Shown in pieces: positions 62,781-64,000 of a stretch of DNA of 64,000 nucleotides. Under the pieces are notes generated by a model. The model was given only the letters and a program-made list of their open reading frames with translations, was not told the DNA's origin and did no database searches. This DNA is from Patescibacteria group bacterium (lineage in GTDB: Bacteria > Patescibacteriota > Microgenomatia > UBA10105 > UBA927). The stretch spans positions 67,715 through 131,714 of the forward strand of contig JBBTWJ010000005.1 of the NCBI GenBank assembly GCA_038062895.1, in the 5' to 3' direction. The translations under genes and the position numbers were made by a program. The stretch's first letter is position 1. Every line of letters starts with the position of its first letter.

Positions 62781-64000
62781 ATGACTAAATTTGATGCCCC
62801 GAGTCGAGTGAATGCCCAGACGGTGGATCTCCCCATAGCGCATATCGACGCGCAGGATATACAGTTGTCCCTGTCGGTGCAGGAATATCTGGAGCTCAAC
62901 GGGTGCGCGGTCGTGGTGAACAGAAAACCTGCGGTTCCGGCGGTCTATCATATCGTGATCGGCGATGAGGAATATGTGAAAGAAACTCTTGCGCTATCTC
63001 AAAAAAAATCTATACAGACTTTTGCAATAATCTATACGACGAAAAAGAAACAGACCTTCAGCGATCTTGGTGCAATCCACGCAAAGATCGCGGTGGTTTC
63101 TGCTTCCTCAATCGGCACACGTGAGACGCAACAGCTCTTCGCTTACTTTTTTACCGGGGGCGACGATATCCTGTATCTCGATGGCACATCGCCGCTGCCC
63201 GTAGCCCGTGAAGCCGTCGCTCCCGTAGCAGAGAAATGGCAGGACGAACGACGTGAGGAAATATGGAAAGAACCCGCGCCGCACGTGGATACAGCGACGA
63301 GGATATCGGCGACTATTGATGAATTATTTGGGGTTCACAACATTTCCCCAACGAAGACTCCGCGTATGAGAAAGAAATTCCATTTACCTACCTATACATC
63401 CCGGCGAGTTTTTGTCAGTGCGCTTGTGTTTATCGCGAGCTTCATCGTCATCCCGGTATGTTGGTATTTGTTGAGCATCGTTATCGCCGGATCGGCACAG
63501 TGGTATGTGCTCACTTCAATGAAAACGGAGAACGTGGGGAGTCTCGGAAAGGCCGCGTCTATTACTTCGTATTGGATTGGACAGGGAAAGCGTTCGCTCC
63601 GCTTTATGAGTGCGGCCGCCGGGAGCGTGGGACGAGAAGATCTATTCAGAAATCAGGAGCGGATTTTGAGCGTCGTCGAGGGTATTGCCGGGGCAGAGGA
63701 GAAAGCGGCTCGGCTGCTCTCCGAAAGCACAGCAATCATGCCAATGCTTTTTTCGCCTGGTGGTGGACGCGAAACGGAGTCTCTTTTGGTTTCCATCGGA
63801 AGACTTCTGACAACACTGGAAGATTTGACGAACTCTCTGGGATTAGTAAACGCAGAGCTTGAGGTCATAAGAGGACAGCATCAGTTTCCGATGACCTTAT
63901 CGGTTGGTCGGGTACTGGTGGCCAACGCGCGGACACGGATTGATCGGGCGGTGACCCAAGTGTCCCATGCACGCAATCTTCTCGCCCTTTACCGTGCGGC
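62781..64000 (+). CDS. Partial ORF (at least 406 codons, runs off the window end) for a hypothetical protein with one central TM helix
   Basis: Manual translation found no stop from ATG 62781 to the window end. Not in the ORF track, presumably because no stop lies in the window. TM RVFVSALVFIASFIVIPVCWYLLSIVIAG. Confidence 0.5.
   Translation, partial: MTKFDAPSRVNAQTVDLPIAHIDAQDIQLSLSVQEYLELNGCAVVVNRKPAVPAVYHIVIGDEEYVKETLALSQKKSIQTFAIIYTTKKKQTFSDLGAIHAKIAVVSASSIGTRETQQLFAYFFTGGDDILYLDGTSPLPVAREAVAPVAEKWQDERREEIWKEPAPHVDTATRISATIDELFGVHNISPTKTPRMRKKFHLPTYTSRRVFVSALVFIASFIVIPVCWYLLSIVIAGSAQWYVLTSMKTENVGSLGKAASITSYWIGQGKRSLRFMSAAAGSVGREDLFRNQERILSVVEGIAGAEEKAARLLSESTAIMPMLFSPGGGRETESLLVSIGRLLTTLEDLTNSLGLVNAELEVIRGQHQFPMTLSVGRVLVANARTRIDRAVTQVSHARNLLALYRA

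Noticed and set aside
63458-63862. 134-aa ORF from the track near the window end
   Set aside because: A different frame of the same strand carries an uninterrupted ORF from 62781 to the window edge with a plausible TM helix. The 134-aa ORF lies nested within it and is Arg/Gly-rich low complexity.

Overview
This 64-kb window looks like part of a small bacterial genome, possibly of a CPR/Patescibacteria-like lifestyle (inference from gene content, not a database match). It spans the replication-origin neighbourhood.

Layout, left to right:
(1) 0-13 kb: a type-IV-secretion-like cluster. It holds a VirD4-like coupling ATPase, a PrgI-like membrane protein, a VirB4-like ATPase and large accessory proteins, one with an HExxH zincin motif.
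(2) 13-16 kb: dnaN and dnaA with perfect DnaA boxes on both sides of dnaA.
(3) 16-52.6 kb: about 37 kb of accessory DNA sits between dnaA and the divergent rpmH. This block is a surface-glycan locus interleaved with defence and TA modules.
- Glycan genes: two O-antigen-ligase-like genes, GT2/GT4/GT26 transferases, a PGT sugar transferase, the Wzm/Wzt ABC exporter, a GT75/RGP-like protein and a UbiA-like prenyltransferase fusion.
- A sulfation and peptide-tailoring gene set: fused ATP-sulfurylase/APS-kinase, a sulfotransferase, a PqqD-like RRE, an HPr-kinase-like protein, a PF14907-like nucleotidyltransferase, an S26-like mini-peptidase and a 28-aa candidate peptide with a strong RBS.
- Defence/TA modules: two AbiEi/AbiEii pairs, each tied to a duplicated secreted thermonuclease; VapBC; MNT plus a HepT remnant; DUF4258/DUF2283; DUF433/DUF5615.
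- Hypothetical secreted proteins, a segmental duplication flanking a caspase-like 3-gene insert, and a DUF2268-like HExxH protein.
(4) 52.6-62.5 kb: rpmH-(hicBA)-rnpA-yidD-yidC-jag-nadD-(DUF433/DUF5615)-pncB-pncA-nadE, a third O-antigen-ligase-like gene, a MOP flippase and rnhA. A partial ORF runs off the right edge.

Small sequence elements stand out: an identical terminator hairpin used three times, 9-mer (ATTGGATAA) and hexamer (GAATAA) arrays, palindromic operators, and a family of short simple repeats that also sit in-frame inside coding sequences.

No rRNA, tRNA or CRISPR array was recognised.
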